A stretch of DNA of 63,745 nucleotides, counting the filler, from Hyphochytrium catenoides (taxonomy: Eukaryota > Protista > Hyphochytriomycota), in NCBI GenBank assembly GCA_900088475.1. It is 11 parts of 11 records of this genome, joined end to end, with 100 filler letters (N's around TTAATTAATTAA, not from the genome) between each part and the next. Parts side by side here need not be neighbours in the genome. Positions count along the whole stretch, not along the records: positions 30,940 to 38,285 come from FLMG01001453.1; positions 38,386 to 39,436 come from FLMG01001008.1; positions 39,537 to 41,692 come from FLMG01001507.1; positions 41,793 to 54,276 come from FLMG01001597.1; 7 more parts are not named here. The stretch is one strand, 5' to 3'. Within the stretch, counting starts at the first letter, position 1; the number at the start of each line of letters is the position of its first letter. The notes under the pieces are model-generated. The model saw only the letters and a program-made list of their open reading frames with translations. It searched no databases and was not told the origin of the DNA. The translations under genes and the position numbers were made by a program. This document shows positions 36,664 to 49,216 of the stretch, piece by piece.

Positions 36664-39600
36664 TCTTTTGGCCCATCCCCACAGTCCACAATCGTCCTTC
36701 TCAGTCACCTTATGGATCGCCTGTCTCTTTATCCCATCATGTTCAGACGGAAACCTTAGACGACTCTAGGTGGAGTATAGTACTAGGGGACTGAATAAAC
36801 TGCCTGGCTATTGGGGTTGGGTTTTCTCTCCTCATTTTTACTGATTTGCTGGATACGCAAGACCATATCAAGCATGTCCTAGTTCTTTTATCTTTGGACC
36901 TACTACGAGAGGCACCCAAACCATAGCTCGGAGGGTCAATCAGACCAGAAGACAAATGATTCAAAAACTGAAGCGCATTTAGTTGGAGCCCGCCGGCCTA
37001 GCTTGCATGATTGAGGGCGATGATGATGATGGTCTCGGCGCCACGTCCCTTTATTCTTCTCCTCCCTCCGTCTCCTATCAGTTTAGCGATGATTCTTCTT
37101 CCTCTTCACACATATTGATAATGAGGTTGGCGGAGGAAAACCTGTTGTAGAGTCCAGGGCTTTGTAGCTCTCGTCTCCTCTTCATTTCTCTTCTTCTCCT
37201 TCTTCTTCTCCTTCTCCTTCTCCTTCGTCTTCTTCTTCTTCTTCTCCCCCTCCTCTTTGTCTCCTTCGTCTTCTCCTCCTCCTTTCCTCCTTCTTGTTCT
37301 TTTTCTTCTTCTTAGTTATTAGTAGCAGTACAGTAGCTTCTTTTTTATACGTTCATAGTTTATTATAAATAAAAAAGCTTCATCTTTTACTTCTTCAAGC
37401 GAGAGAGTGAGAGATAGAAGAAGGTGCTCTGATGAGATTTCACATCCCATACACCGGTCGACCCTCCTGTCCAACAATCAGGTGGTTCGCAGCCGTCAGA
37501 AGAGGAGGTATACAAATACAGTAACACCTTTCCCAAGATAATGTTCGTAGTAAGTTAACTGCTGGGTCAACTTTCATTATTGGCAGGAAGACACAACCAA
37601 CGATCTTCTGCTGCATCTTCTGCATGCTGCTATAATATATTATTATCAAGCTTCGGATAGCTCGCGCTAATGTTGAGGCAGTTGCTGCTGCTGCTGCTTT
37701 TCCTGCTGCTGTTGTTCCTGCCCTAAACCTTCGTGGCAAGAAGAACGGTTACTACCATATCACCATCCCCCTGTCTCTTTCCTCTTACTGATGATATGTG
37801 GCGTCGTCCTTACGAAGCCTTCTACTTCTAAGGCATCGTAACGCCACATATCAGTCATAGTTGTTCTCGCTTGCCCAGGTTTCGAAATATTGCTTCTTCA
37901 CTGGCTGGTCCTTAATGGGCACTGTCAATATTGTACTCCTGACTACTAAGCTGGGCTTCAGTCATTGTAAGGGAAGACATCACACCAGAAGGGCCTTCTT
38001 CATCTACCAATAAAGCTTCTTCAGTATATCCATTGATGACCAGTCCATAATTTGTGCTTGGCAAACCGTCCGGAGTCAATATCTTGACCTTCCACTGGCA
38101 AAGAAGATTCCGCCATATCCCGTTCACCACGGGCAACCGTCTTCTTCCTCTTTCTTGCTGCGTTCTTCTTCTAAATAGTTAACTTCTTTCGCGTTATTTA
38201 ATAAATGATGTGGAGTCCTAACAGATCGGCATCAACCTGAAGACATCATCTGGTTGTTGCTCTGCTGTTCCAATTACCGAATGTTNNNNNNNNNNNNNNN
38301 NNNNNNNNNNNNNNNNNNNNNNNNNNNNNTTAATTAATTAANNNNNNNNNNNNNNNNNNNNNNNNNNNNNNNNNNNNNNNNNNNNCATCCCAGACTCCAC
38401 AATCTGCTGCTTTCCTTCTTCCTTACTGCTGGGGGCCACTAAGATGAGCCACAATGATGGAAAGAAGAAGCTTTTCCCCTCTTTTGAGGAGGCAGTACTC
38501 CTACGGGCTTTGTCTGTTGTGCGGGGGGCGGACAGCGGCCGAGCAGTAGGCAGCAGTAAAACACCAAGCACCCGCTTGCTGGATATTAAGATAATGCCTG
38601 CCGACTGACGGAAAAGAGGTTGTTGTGATAACCTCTTCACCACGATCCTGGTATGGTGGATCATAATATGGATACGACACACGAGTAAGTAGGAGGCGGA
38701 GTATTATAAAGATGTGATGATGAATCCCTGGACGGAAAGGTTCGGAATGTGCGGAGGATCAGTCTATTTTTCAGCCTTATTCCTTGTCTCCCGGCGGTAT
38801 TAGTAGTATCCGTAGCTTACTATTCTTAGAGAATTTCATAAGTATCTAGCTGTGAGGGGAGGGGTTCTCAAAGGGGAGGTGGTTGATGTATTCCTCAGCC
38901 CAAGGATCCTTAATATAAAGGTTGTGATCTGCCAGTACTACCTATTTCCTTCTTCTTTCTGGTTCGGTAGGAGGTGGCAATCATTCTTCTCCGGTGCTAA
39001 CGACAACTAAAAAATAAACTCTCAGGTTATCTGCTTTCACCTTCATCGGCGCTTTTTTCATTAGAAGGAAGAGAATGTTCGTACTTTTCGAGTGAATCTG
39101 CATTCCCCTTCACCGCCGCTCTTTCCATGGAAAAGAAGAGAGTGTTCTTATGTTCCACTGATGCTGATGCTGCTTTTGTCGTATTGTTTTACGGTTGCTG
39201 TTTATTGGGTGCTGATATTATCAGTCCGCACTAGTATTATGTGGTGGCGGACATGTAGGGAGGAGAGAGATCTGTTTGCGCCTTCTGCCTCGACGTGGAT
39301 TGGTACTTAATCTATAAAAAAGGATAGTCCATCAAGAGATGAGGAGGAGAATGACGAGACCGGCAACACCACAGATCTTACTGCAAGCCCAAAGGAATGG
39401 ATCAAATAACCCCAGTCGCAGTAGACGCTGATTGTTNNNNNNNNNNNNNNNNNNNNNNNNNNNNNNNNNNNNNNNNNNNNTTAATTAATTAANNNNNNNN
39501 NNNNNNNNNNNNNNNNNNNNNNNNNNNNNNNNNNNNCGTCCTCAAAGACTTGTCTCTCCGACAGCAATCTGACATCTGGCGACTGTGTCCGAGGTGGAGA

Positions 39601-40061
39601 AGGTTTCAGCAGATGGATACAGCCATCCGGCAGCTTTGATCCTGACCCATCGTATAGACAGCAGCAGCTTCTACAGCTAAGCCATATTGCTTCTTCCGCC
39701 CTCACAACATCCCCGCTCGTAGAGTCTCGTCTGACTGCACCTTTCCTCCTGGGACTGCTGGCAATTATTGTTGGGGCGGCGGCGGGCCCTTATTATCGAT
39801 CGCTCTGTTATCGCCTTTGCGAGGTCGTTCTGCAGCTCCCTCGCCTTTACCACATAAAGGCTGATCGTCATCCTCATTGTACAGTTACGAACAACCCAGC
39901 ACTCCCCCTTGGAAGGAGTCAGCCGTTACCAGTCCCCGCTGCAGACAAGTAGACGAGAAATCAACACTTGCAGATTCATCACAGCTTCCTCCTACTTTGG
40001 GAGAGGGGTACCATCGGGGCTCTGACATCTCTGTCTGCTGGTCAGGCGCCTGGCCCGTCTA

Positions 40062-40727
40062 CTAAAATTGCGCATCCAAGAGGTACTGCACTCGCACGAA
40101 GCACACATCCAGCGCTGGAGACAAGACCCGCAATCCCGCATCACCTGATATAGGCAACGCTGAAGGAAGTAACCCGTGAATCAGAGCGGACAGTGAAGGC
40201 TGCGTTAAGAACCTGCGGTCGACTTCATCGTGCATCGCTTGAAGAGCCGCGGGCGAAAGAGTACGCACGGCCACTTGGTTTGCCACGTTGGTCGCGAACA
40301 CCGCATATGAAATGACGTGCAAGTCCTTCTCCACCTCGTGGGGCCGGAAATCTACTTCGATAGGTGAATCCTCCAATCCTAAAGATGGCGTAATGATGAG
40401 CTTGCCTGCCCTGCGGCGAGCGAACCATTCGTACTCCCGCACCATGTCGTATGTCCAAACCCCGTTGCAAGCAAATGCTACTAACCATCGAAGCCAGGCC
40501 CCAATACCTGATGCAGCCTCGGATGCTGACACCGACCGGTCGGTCAATAATTGCACTGGAATTGTAACTGGTACGTCGCCTCCGTCAGGACCGTTGGCAA
40601 TGCCCTCAACTGACTCGTCACCGGCTGCTGGCTGAGACTTGACCGTAATATAGCCAAAACCAGACAAATCGTCAAGGTCGCCCGGACGAAGGAGGCAATA
40701 GGCATGGGGCCGGATTGAGGGAGCCAT
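40062..40727 (-). CDS. Orphan intronless ORF, possibly element-derived; downstream continuation contains stops
   Basis: Complex, non-repetitive ORF MAPSIRPHAYCLLRPGDL... (open to 40892). No recognised motif. Confidence 0.4.
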   Translation of the reverse strand: MAPSIRPHAYCLLRPGDLDDLSGFGYITVKSQPAAGDESVEGIANGPDGGDVPVTIPVQLLTDRSVSASEAASGIGAWLRWLVAFACNGVWTYDMVREYEWFARRRAGKLIITPSLGLEDSPIEVDFRPHEVEKDLHVISYAVFATNVANQVAVRTLSPAALQAMHDEVDRRFLTQPSLSALIHGLLPSALPISGDAGLRVLSPALDVCFVRVQYLLDAQF

Positions 40728-41166
40728 AGTCCTAGCCGATCTCTCTGCTAGAGAATTGATGAAGCGGTAGTCACGAAGAGTAGCCGACGATGGAAATGTA
40801 ATCGCGAACGGAAGCTCTGGAAAACGAGACTGAGGAAGCCGGCAAGAGAGAAATGGTGCTACGGAACTCCTGATGGAAAGACGGTGACGCAATAATGAAG
40901 GAGACGTCTGGCCGCCATTCCTCGTATTTGCTGTCTCTGCCTAGCCTCCACCCTCCTTGCGAGACCACTAACGCCTACAGCCGTGCGTAGTATTTATTAT
41001 CCATCGCCTTTGGCTGGAAGCCGGTTCCCTTTTACCTCGGATGGGGCGGTCCCGGTCTGAATAAACATGACTTCACCACTGCGAATTGTTGGCCAATCTT
41101 AGACGAACTTTGGCCTAGCGCCAACGCGGCCCATGTCTTAGCCCGTCTCAGGCTGCCGATCCTGTG

Positions 41167-41630
41167 CCTGTACAAGCGACAAGTGTACTCACGCCTGTAG
41201 GAAGGACCCTGTGCAAGCGATAAGTGTACTCACGCCGGTATCAAGCGAGACGTGTCATAACCTCCCTCAAAGTGCCGGTTCTACGCCTGTACAAGCGACG
41301 AGTGTACTCATGCCTTTAGGAAAGACCCTGTGCGGCGGCGAGTGTACTCACGCTTTTAGGACACCCCTGTACAAGCGACATTATACTCGCGCTTTTAGGA
41401 CACCCCTGTACAAGCGGCAGTGTACTCATGCCAGCGTTAAGCGAGCCATGTCACGCCTGTAGGAAGGACCCTGTACAAGCGACAAGTGTACTCACGCCAA
41501 TATCAAGCTGGCCGTGTCATGACCTGCCTCAAAGTTGCCGTTCTAAGCCTGTACAAGCGACGAGTGTACTCATGCCTTTAGGAAAGACCCTGTGCGGCGA
41601 CGAGTCTACTCACGCTTTTAGGACACCTGT
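41167..41630. repeat. ~40-bp tandem array with 262-bp higher-order duplication
   Basis: Unit approximately CCTGTACAAGCGACRAGTGTACTCACGCYTKTAGGAMRRAC, about nine cores. Block 41189-41365 recurs at 41451-41627. Confidence 0.9.
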
Positions 41631-41792
41631 TATATGTGTGCTACCTCCTAGTAGTTCTCCACCCTTACTACTGACGACTTGAGCATAGGATANNNNNNNN
41701 NNNNNNNNNNNNNNNNNNNNNNNNNNNNNNNNNNNNTTAATTAATTAANNNNNNNNNNNNNNNNNNNNNNNNNNNNNNNNNNNNNNNNNNNN

Positions 41793-41925
41793 CCGCTCTG
41801 CCCCGGAACTGTGCAAGCTCCTCCTTCAGCAGCAGCAGCAGAGGAACGGGAGCCTGTCCTCGGGCCTGCTTGCGACCTCTGAAGATGGAATCAACCTTGT
41901 AAGAGCTCAAGGACTGTGCCTCCAT
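41793..41925 (-). CDS. N-terminal fragment of an unidentified gene cut by the linker
   Basis: ATG at 41925, MEAQSLSSYKVDSIFRGRKQARG..., open to the scaffold edge. Confidence 0.3.
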
Positions 41926-42129
41926 GGAACGTGGAGAGAAGAAGAGAGAGCGAGAAAAAGAGGAACAGAGAGAAAGGGCGTAAGAGTGAGAGAGAGACAG
42001 AGAGAGAAATTGTGAGAGAGAGGAGACAATGAGAGAGAGATGGACAGAGAGATAGATAGATAGAGAGAGAGAGGGAGAAAGAGGAGATAGGTAGAGAGGT
42101 TTTAGGGGAGGGAGAGGGGGCTAGATAGA

Positions 42130-42769
42130 TTGAAGAAAGAAGAGAGAGAGAGTGCCAAGAGAGAAAATACTCTCAGAGAGGAAGGCCATCTTCTCGGTAC
42201 CTTTTGTCTCTCTCTATATCATTCTCTCTCCTGCCCTGAGCTGACTAACACTTGGCTGACTTCGCAGCTGGACCAGTTGACCTCACAGCCAGAGCTCTTC
42301 TCCTCTCTCCTCAGCTTGTTGGGCCAGGAGGGAGAGAGTGGTACCGCTTCTCTTGAAGGTATTGTGGCCCATGTTTCTCTCTAGGACTCTCTCCCTCTCT
42401 TCCTCTCTCTTTCTTTGCTCCTCTCCCTTGCTCTCCCGACTCTTTCTTTCTCCACCTTTTGTGTTGTTTTTCCTTTCCTTCCCCACTTCGTTCTCTCTCT
42501 CTCTTGCTTTTGTACCTTTCTCTCCCTATCCCTCTCTCTCTTCCTTTCTAATTCTCCCCCTGTGTCTCGCTGTCTCATTCCTTCGGTCTCTTTTTTCTCT
42601 CTTTTTTGTCTTCTTTCAATGTTTCTCCTGCACTCTCTCTCCTCCCCTCAAGTGCAAATCTTCCTTTCTTTCCTGCCCTTCTCTTTCTCCCTTTCTCTCT
42701 TTCTCTGTCTCTCTGTGTCTCTTTCTCTCTCTCTCTCTCTGCCTCTCTGCCTCCCTGTCTTTTTTTCTT

Positions 42770-42802
<33 letters not shown>

Positions 42803-43305
42803 TTCTCCCCTTTTCTCTCTCTCTTTCTGTCCGTCCCTAAATGTCCGGTCTCCACAGCCTTCCCCTACTTTCATCCCTTAAATATCTGACCCCGTTCTCT
42901 TCCAGAGCTGCTGTGCGCGCTGCTGTCATCTGGGAAAGAAGAGGAAGCTTTGAAGATATTAGAAGAGAAGAGAGAACAGCCAAAAGTATCAGAAAAAGAG
43001 AGAGAGCAGCCAGAGAAAGGGAGAGAAAGAAGCTTGGATCCCAATCACCGTCAGAGCTCTGCAGGTGCTACACCGCTAATGGTAGCAGCCAAACACGGGC
43101 TGTCAAGGGCCGTCGTCGCGCTACTTCGAGCAGGGGCGTCGGTCCATGTGCAGGTCTCTCTCTCTCCTCTCTCTCTCTCTTCCTTTCTTTCTTCCTCTCT
43201 CTGTCTATGTGTGGCTTCTCTCTCTCGTATCATACATCTCTCCATTGTAGGTGGTCTCACCTTCATAATTTGTCTGTCATATCTCTCTCTTTCCCCGCCC
43301 GTCCC

Positions 43306-43346
<41 letters not shown>

Positions 43347-44686
43347 TTCTCTCTCCCTTTCCCCATCTCTCTACGCGTTCTCCCCTACTAATCTTCCTCT
43401 CTGTCTGGATATGCAGGACAGTTTCGGGATGACCGCTGCTCACTGGGCGTACAGCAGGGACCAGGAAGATATTGCACAGATGCTGCTGGCAGTCGACCAC
43501 ACCGTCTCCACTACTAAAGATGATATGGTCCGCCCTCTCTCTCTCTCTCTTTTTCCCGTTGCTCTTCCCTGCGGTCTCTCCGTTGCTTTCTCTCTCTCTT
43601 TCTCTCTCCTCTTGTGCGTGGCCCTCTCTCTCCTCTCCTTCTGTGTATTCGCTCAATCTTTCTTTGTTCTTTCCCTTTGTCTCTCTATCTCTTTCTTTCT
43701 CTCACTCTCTCTCTGTCTCTCTTTCTCGGTACCCTTGCCCTTGTCCTGGATCGCTTTTTTTTCTCTCTCTTCCCTCACCCGTATGGGACTTCCTTTAACC
43801 TTCCATTGTAAAAGTGTGCATTAAGCGTGACTTAACCTTCTCTCTTTCCCTCAATCTTTCATACTTGCTCTCTCTCTCTCTCTCTCTCTCTCTCTGCTCT
43901 CTCTCTCTCTGTCTCTCTCTCTCTCTCTCCCCTCTCTCTCTCTCTCTCCTCGAGCAGGGACGTATGCCAATCGACTGCTGCTTCTCATTTAAAGAGGAAG
44001 AGAGTTCGTCTCTTATCTCTTCTCCCTCTTCCGCCAGGCCGCCTCTTCTCTCTGCTACGGACATCTCCTCCTACTTTCAAGAGCTGCAGAAGGATCTTGA
44101 GCCTCAGAAAGAGATGGACGAAGATGTAGAGAAAGAGAGAGAGAAAGTTAGAGAGAGAAGGGACAGCCGCGAGCTTGATACAAGGAGAGAAACAGAGAGA
44201 CCTGCTCTCTCTTCGGGAAGAGAAAATCAGCTCCTCTCTTCTACATCAAGAGAGAAAAGAGAGGCTGAAGAGGAAGAGGATGCGCAGCACTGGGATATTG
44301 CGACGCGCCTAAGGAGAGAGGAATGCGACCTTCTAGGTCTGATTGCCGTGGCTGATGGGAGAGACAGGGGCGAAGAGAGAGAGAAAGTGGGAGAGAATGT
44401 GTCTTTCTTCCCTCCAGACATGGAGGAGTCCATCCTGGAAGAGACTTTCCGGCTGCAAGACTGCCTACAAAGAGCGATTGACTGCCTTCCTTCTGGTTCT
44501 GAAGAGAGACATGAGCTAGAGGATTTCTTGGATCTCTCTCTTCAGCAGACGGAGAGATGGGAGAGTGAAGAGAGTGATTATAGTACAGACGAGAGAGAGG
44601 AGGACCATTCGGAAGAGAGAGAGATGGACTTAGAGAGGAGAGAGAGACACTCTGAGGAGTTGGCAGAAGGTCGTCTCTCTGTTTAG
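42130..44686 (+). CDS. Ankyrin-repeat protein with acidic C-terminus (multi-exon, start uncertain)
   Basis: Spliced GATPLMVAAKHGLSRAVVALLRAGASVHVQ|DSFGMTAAHWAYSRDQEDIAQMLL...KDDM|GRMPIDC gives two canonical ankyrin repeats. Last exon ~43958-44686. Confidence 0.8.
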
Positions 44687-44856
44687 GGATAAATAATCTT
44701 GCTAATGATACAGCCTAACCACTGAGATCCCCCTCCGCCCTCTTCTTTTCAGCATCTTTCCTCCTCCCATTTTGCTCTTTCTCTCTCTCTTTTCCTCTCA
44801 CCTTTCTCTCTTTCTCTCTCTCGACCGTCTCTGTCTGTCTGCCAGTGTCCATCAAG

Positions 44857-46649
44857 TTACTCTTCAGCAATAAGTAGTAAGATCGCGTCCACCAGGTCTC
44901 CTCTTTTCTCTTCCAGAGCCTCTCGTGCCTTCGCTGAGGTCACTCCTGTCTATAATTAGAGGAAGAGGAGTATCAGTGGCTGTGGAGCTATCAGAGAGAG
45001 AGAGAGTGAGAGAAGAAGAGAGAGAGGGACAGAGAGAGGGACAGAGAGAGAGAGAAAGAAAGGGAGAGAGAGAGAGAATGGAGTGAGAAAGAAGAGAGTG
45101 AGAGAGAAGAGAGAGAGAGAGAGGGACAGAGAAGAGAGAGAANNNNNNNNNNNNNNNNNNNNNNNNNNNNNNNNNNNNNNNNNNNNNNNNNNNNNNNNAG
45201 AAAGAGGAAGAGAGACAGGGAGAGAGAAAGAGGAAGAGAGACAGGGAGAGAGAAAGAGGGAGAGAGAGAGAGAGAAAGAGAGCAAACTGCAGAATGAGAG
45301 AAGAAAAAATAGAAACTGAGATGGGGCAGGAAGGAAGAAGGGTCACCTTTTGTACGAGCAGCTGCACATCCTCTTCCATCCCCTCTTCCCACCCGGCGGC
45401 GTCTTCTTTCTCCTCCAACTCCCCTTCTTCGTCTTCTATCTCTCGGTGAGGACAGTGAGAGTAAGTGAGCTGCTTGGAGGCTTGCTCTCTCTCTCTTTGC
45501 TCGGTGATCCTTCTCTCTTCTTCTTCTTCGTAAGTTGGACTGGCCAGCGTCTTGTCGTAGATATCTAGTCATTTTATTCAGAGAAGGCAAATGAGAGAGG
45601 GAGACGAAAGGAGCAGCTCTGACGGTTAGAGACCCAGGGAGAACGCGCGGGAGAGAAAGAGAAACAGAGCACAAAGAGAGAGAGAGAGAGAAGTTAAAAG
45701 AGTACGCAGGTTTCCGCGGCGCAATATGAGAGCAGAACCCTCCGGCCAAAGCGAGAGAGAGAGAGAGAGAGAGAGATGTAGATGACCAGCAACGGGAGCT
45801 CAGGGTCGCTAGCTTCTTCGCTTAGGTCTCAGACAGGAGAGAGAGAGAAAGACAGACACAGAGAGAGTGAGAGAGAGATAGCCATACTGAAGGGAAAGAG
45901 AGAGTATTGGTACCTAGGAGCCTGCTTAGAAGGAGAGCAACATCTCCCCGGCGGATGTACTGCCTGACAGCGGAGAGCAAGGGCTCATACCCGTCAAAGA
46001 CCAGCTCCTTTAGATGCTGAAATTCCCAAAGAGAGAGAGAGAAAGAGAGAAAGAAATTAGATTGGCATAGAAGAAAGGTGAAAGAATGAGAGACTCTATA
46101 GATAGGTATAGGGAGAGAAAGAGAGAAAGGCTAAAGTGGGGAAAGAGAGAGAGAGAGAGACAGAGAGATCACATGTGAAGGAGAGGAACAGCAGGAGAGA
46201 GAAGGCGGAAGAGCATCTGCTTATTTTACTGCGGGACACTAGACAAATAGAGAGCGAAAGACAGAGAGAGAGATGAGCTTAGAGACAAGCTGAGAGAGAA
46301 TGAGCGAGAGAAGTGAAGACAGAGGGAGAGAGCGAAAAGAGAGAGAGAACAGAAAGACAAAGAGAGGAGAGGATTGCAAGAAAGGAAAAGGAGATAGAAA
46401 GACACAGAGAGAGAGAGAGAGAGATAAAAGGAAGGAAAGGGCACAGTGCCCCTAGGCAGAACATGAAAGTGCCAAGGGAGAGACGGCAGGGCAGACGCGA
46501 CAAGAAGACGAGGGAAACGCTGAGAGAGAGGAAAGAAGAAGGGTACTCACCCCTGCCGCCTCGGCACTAAGGCCTCGCGTCTTCAAGTGAGAAATACAGA
46601 GCAGAGCGGCGGTGATAACCTCCACCTCCCTCACTGCATTCGGCGCCAT
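44857..46649 (-). CDS. ~200-aa protein with C-terminal NAC-alpha/HYPK-type UBA domain, 6 exons
   Basis: In-phase exons: MAPNAVREVE...AEAAG|HLKELVFDGYEPLLSAVRQY...|...|IYDKTL...EEDVQLLVQK|TGVTSAKAREALEEKRGDLVDAILLLIAEE*. Confidence 0.7.
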
Positions 46650-46929
46650 CACTCACCAACAGCTATGCCTTGGAGTTAGAGAGAAACTGCACATGTGGCG
46701 GCATCTCCTCTCTCTCTTCTCTCTCTCTCTCTCTCTGTGTGTCTCTCCCTCTCCCTCCCTGTGCGCCTTCCTTTGGGAGCTTTTATTCTTCCTTCCGCTT
46801 GCTGGTGAGAGAGAGAAAGCGACCTAGTCTTTCTTCTGCCCTTCGCTTGGTGCTTTGCTTCAGATTTCGCGCTAGGAGACCATGCGAAGCCCGAAGAAGA
46901 AGATAGGTCGCTCGCTCTCTTCTTCTATT

Positions 46930-46965
<36 letters not shown>

Positions 46966-47836
46966 NNNNNNNNNNNNNNNNNNNNNNCTCACTCCGCCTA
47001 TCGTTCTCTCTCTCTTGGTCTATTGCTCTCTCCGTCTATTGCTTTTCTCTCTCTCTTAAGTTCCCTCCTTTCCTCTCCCTCTTTTTTCCCTCAGCTCCGT
47101 CGTCAGTCTCCTTCTCTCTCTCTTGTATCGTACTTATGTGGAAGGGCGAGGAGCTGTGATTGAAGAAGAGCAGTGATGGGAGAAGAGAGACGCGATCCCG
47201 CAGCGAGCGAGAGAGACAGGGAGAGTTGGAAAGAGAGAGGAGAAGAGAGAGAGTGAGACAGAGAAGTGAAAGACAGTGAAATAAAGGAGAGAGAGAGGGA
47301 GGAAGAAAGAGGACAAGAAGAGGAAGAGGTTCTTTAGGAGCGACGAAGAACAGCGGCAGGGAAGAGACAGAGCACGAGACTGCGGGTGCTATCGTCGGCC
47401 ATCCCGAGAGAGAGAGAACTAAAGAGAGAGAAAAGGAAGAGAGAGACAAGAGAGAGGACAGAGACCCAAAGAGAGAGAGAAGAAGAGAGAGAGAGAGAGA
47501 GAGCNNNNNNNNNNNNNNNNNNNNNNNNNNNNNNNNNNNNNAGAGAGAGAGAGAGAGAGAGAGAGAGACTTGGCATCCTTTCGCTCCCACTTTCCTTTCC
47601 CCTTTGTTGTGCTTCTTCAGTTGTTGCAATCCAGCAGATCCTATATTGATAACCAATATAAACCTTGCTTTGGTTATCAGTGGCGACTACTACTGTTTAC
47701 AACTACTCGTACTTGTACTACCAATGAGCCAATGAGAAATCAAGCAGGAAGGAAAGCTTATTGCAACAGTAGTAGGAACAACAACTGAGCAAGCACACAA
47801 GTGGGGGGGCTCTCTCTCTCTCTTTCTTTCTCTGTA

Positions 47837-47882
<46 letters not shown>

Positions 47883-48056
47883 TCTCTCTCTCCTCTCTCT
47901 CTTCCTCTCTCTCTCCTCTCTCTCTTTCTTTCTTTCTCTCTCTCTCTCTCCCTCTCCCCCCCTCTCGTTCTCGCTGTCTCTCTCTCTCTCTTTCTCTCTC
48001 TCTCCCTCTTTCTGTAGCGAGTGCCTTAGAGGAAGCGCATCATCACTTCCCCAACA

Positions 48057-49216
48057 TGACAGAGGAAACGGAAATTTATGACTTTTCTAGAGGACTCCGG
48101 CACAGGACAAGAGCAGAGCAGAGATTGATTATATCGCAGAATGCCAGGAGCTCAGAATGAAGCATGTTGTCATTATATCGTGACGCTAAGCTATGATGAG
48201 AGCTCTTCTGTCAGCGAAGAGATCCCGCTTCACGGAAGGTTAATACTTCTTATTATGATGAACAAATTGGACACCAGGGATATAACGGTAGAGATGAGAA
48301 AGATCACCCAGGGCCGATGGAAATGGACCGACGACTATCCCAGCCAGAACGTAAAGATAAAGAGACCAGTAGTAACGGATGCTTTGCTTGTGGATCTTTA
48401 GACCTGTGGAACCGTAATTGCCCTCCTCCTCGTCTAAAGAAGAAACATCGAGGCCCCGGAGGTAACAACAAGCAGGATTTTCTGCTGGGAGCCCCCTGAC
48501 GTCAGGTAGAGCCGATGATGGTGGGCTTGAAAAGGAAGGAAGGATATCTACCCTAGGAGAAGTAAATAAAGAGCAAGAGACGAGTAGACCAAGAGTAGAA
48601 GAAGTTAATCTTAGACACGGTAGTAGAAGTACCCATACTCATTGATTCTGGAGCGTCTTCAAACTATAGTCACCCCGACCCGTTAGCACGAGTCCGAGTC
48701 GGAATTGGTCCAAGTGTTATGATGGAACCTATTACTATTCGCTTAGGAGATGGCAGTAGTACACGTCAATCATACCAGACGATGGAGAACAACTTACCTG
48801 AGCTGTCACTTTAGCTAACATCTACAGAGCCAATTTCTTTCCGTGCAGTGATGAAGATAGAACCAGAAGTAATTCTGGGAATGTCGTGGTTGAAAGATGC
48901 CAATCCGCAAAGATGGACAAAGGGAAGTATCAACATACCTGGCTGGAAAGCATGATCTATTGACATGATCATCCAGTCCAGCAACAACAGCCTACAGATG
49001 GATGGCGGTACTCACACTATGGAGTCTGAAGCTGATTACCAAAAGAGTTACACCGGACTTAAGGAAGGAAGAAGGGGACAGGACAGCCCACATATTCCTC
49101 CTAGCACTTCCTAAGACTGTGTTTCCTAAAGAAAAGAGAAGCAGAACTTACCTGGTGGAACTTACCCGTCCGAGGACTCGAAGAGTTTGCTGATGAAGTT
49201 TTTCCAGATGATCTAC
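48057..49216 (+). mobile_element. Decayed Ty3/gypsy retrotransposon: gag end, zinc knuckle, aspartic protease, truncated before RT
   Basis: YDFSRGL (gag), CFACGSLDLWNRNCP (CCHC with H lost), LIDSGASSNY, IRLGDGS, VILGMSWLKDANP, EEFADEVFPDDL. Several stops and frameshifts. Confidence 0.85.

Noticed and set aside
37184-39436. Coding genes in 37184-38285 and 38386-39436
   Set aside because: Only short frames broken by many stops, plus a CTT/CTC microsatellite. No recognisable motif to support a call.
41167-41630. CRISPR-like array
   Set aside because: The intervening sequences are themselves repeated rather than unique spacers, there are no cas genes, and the context is eukaryotic.
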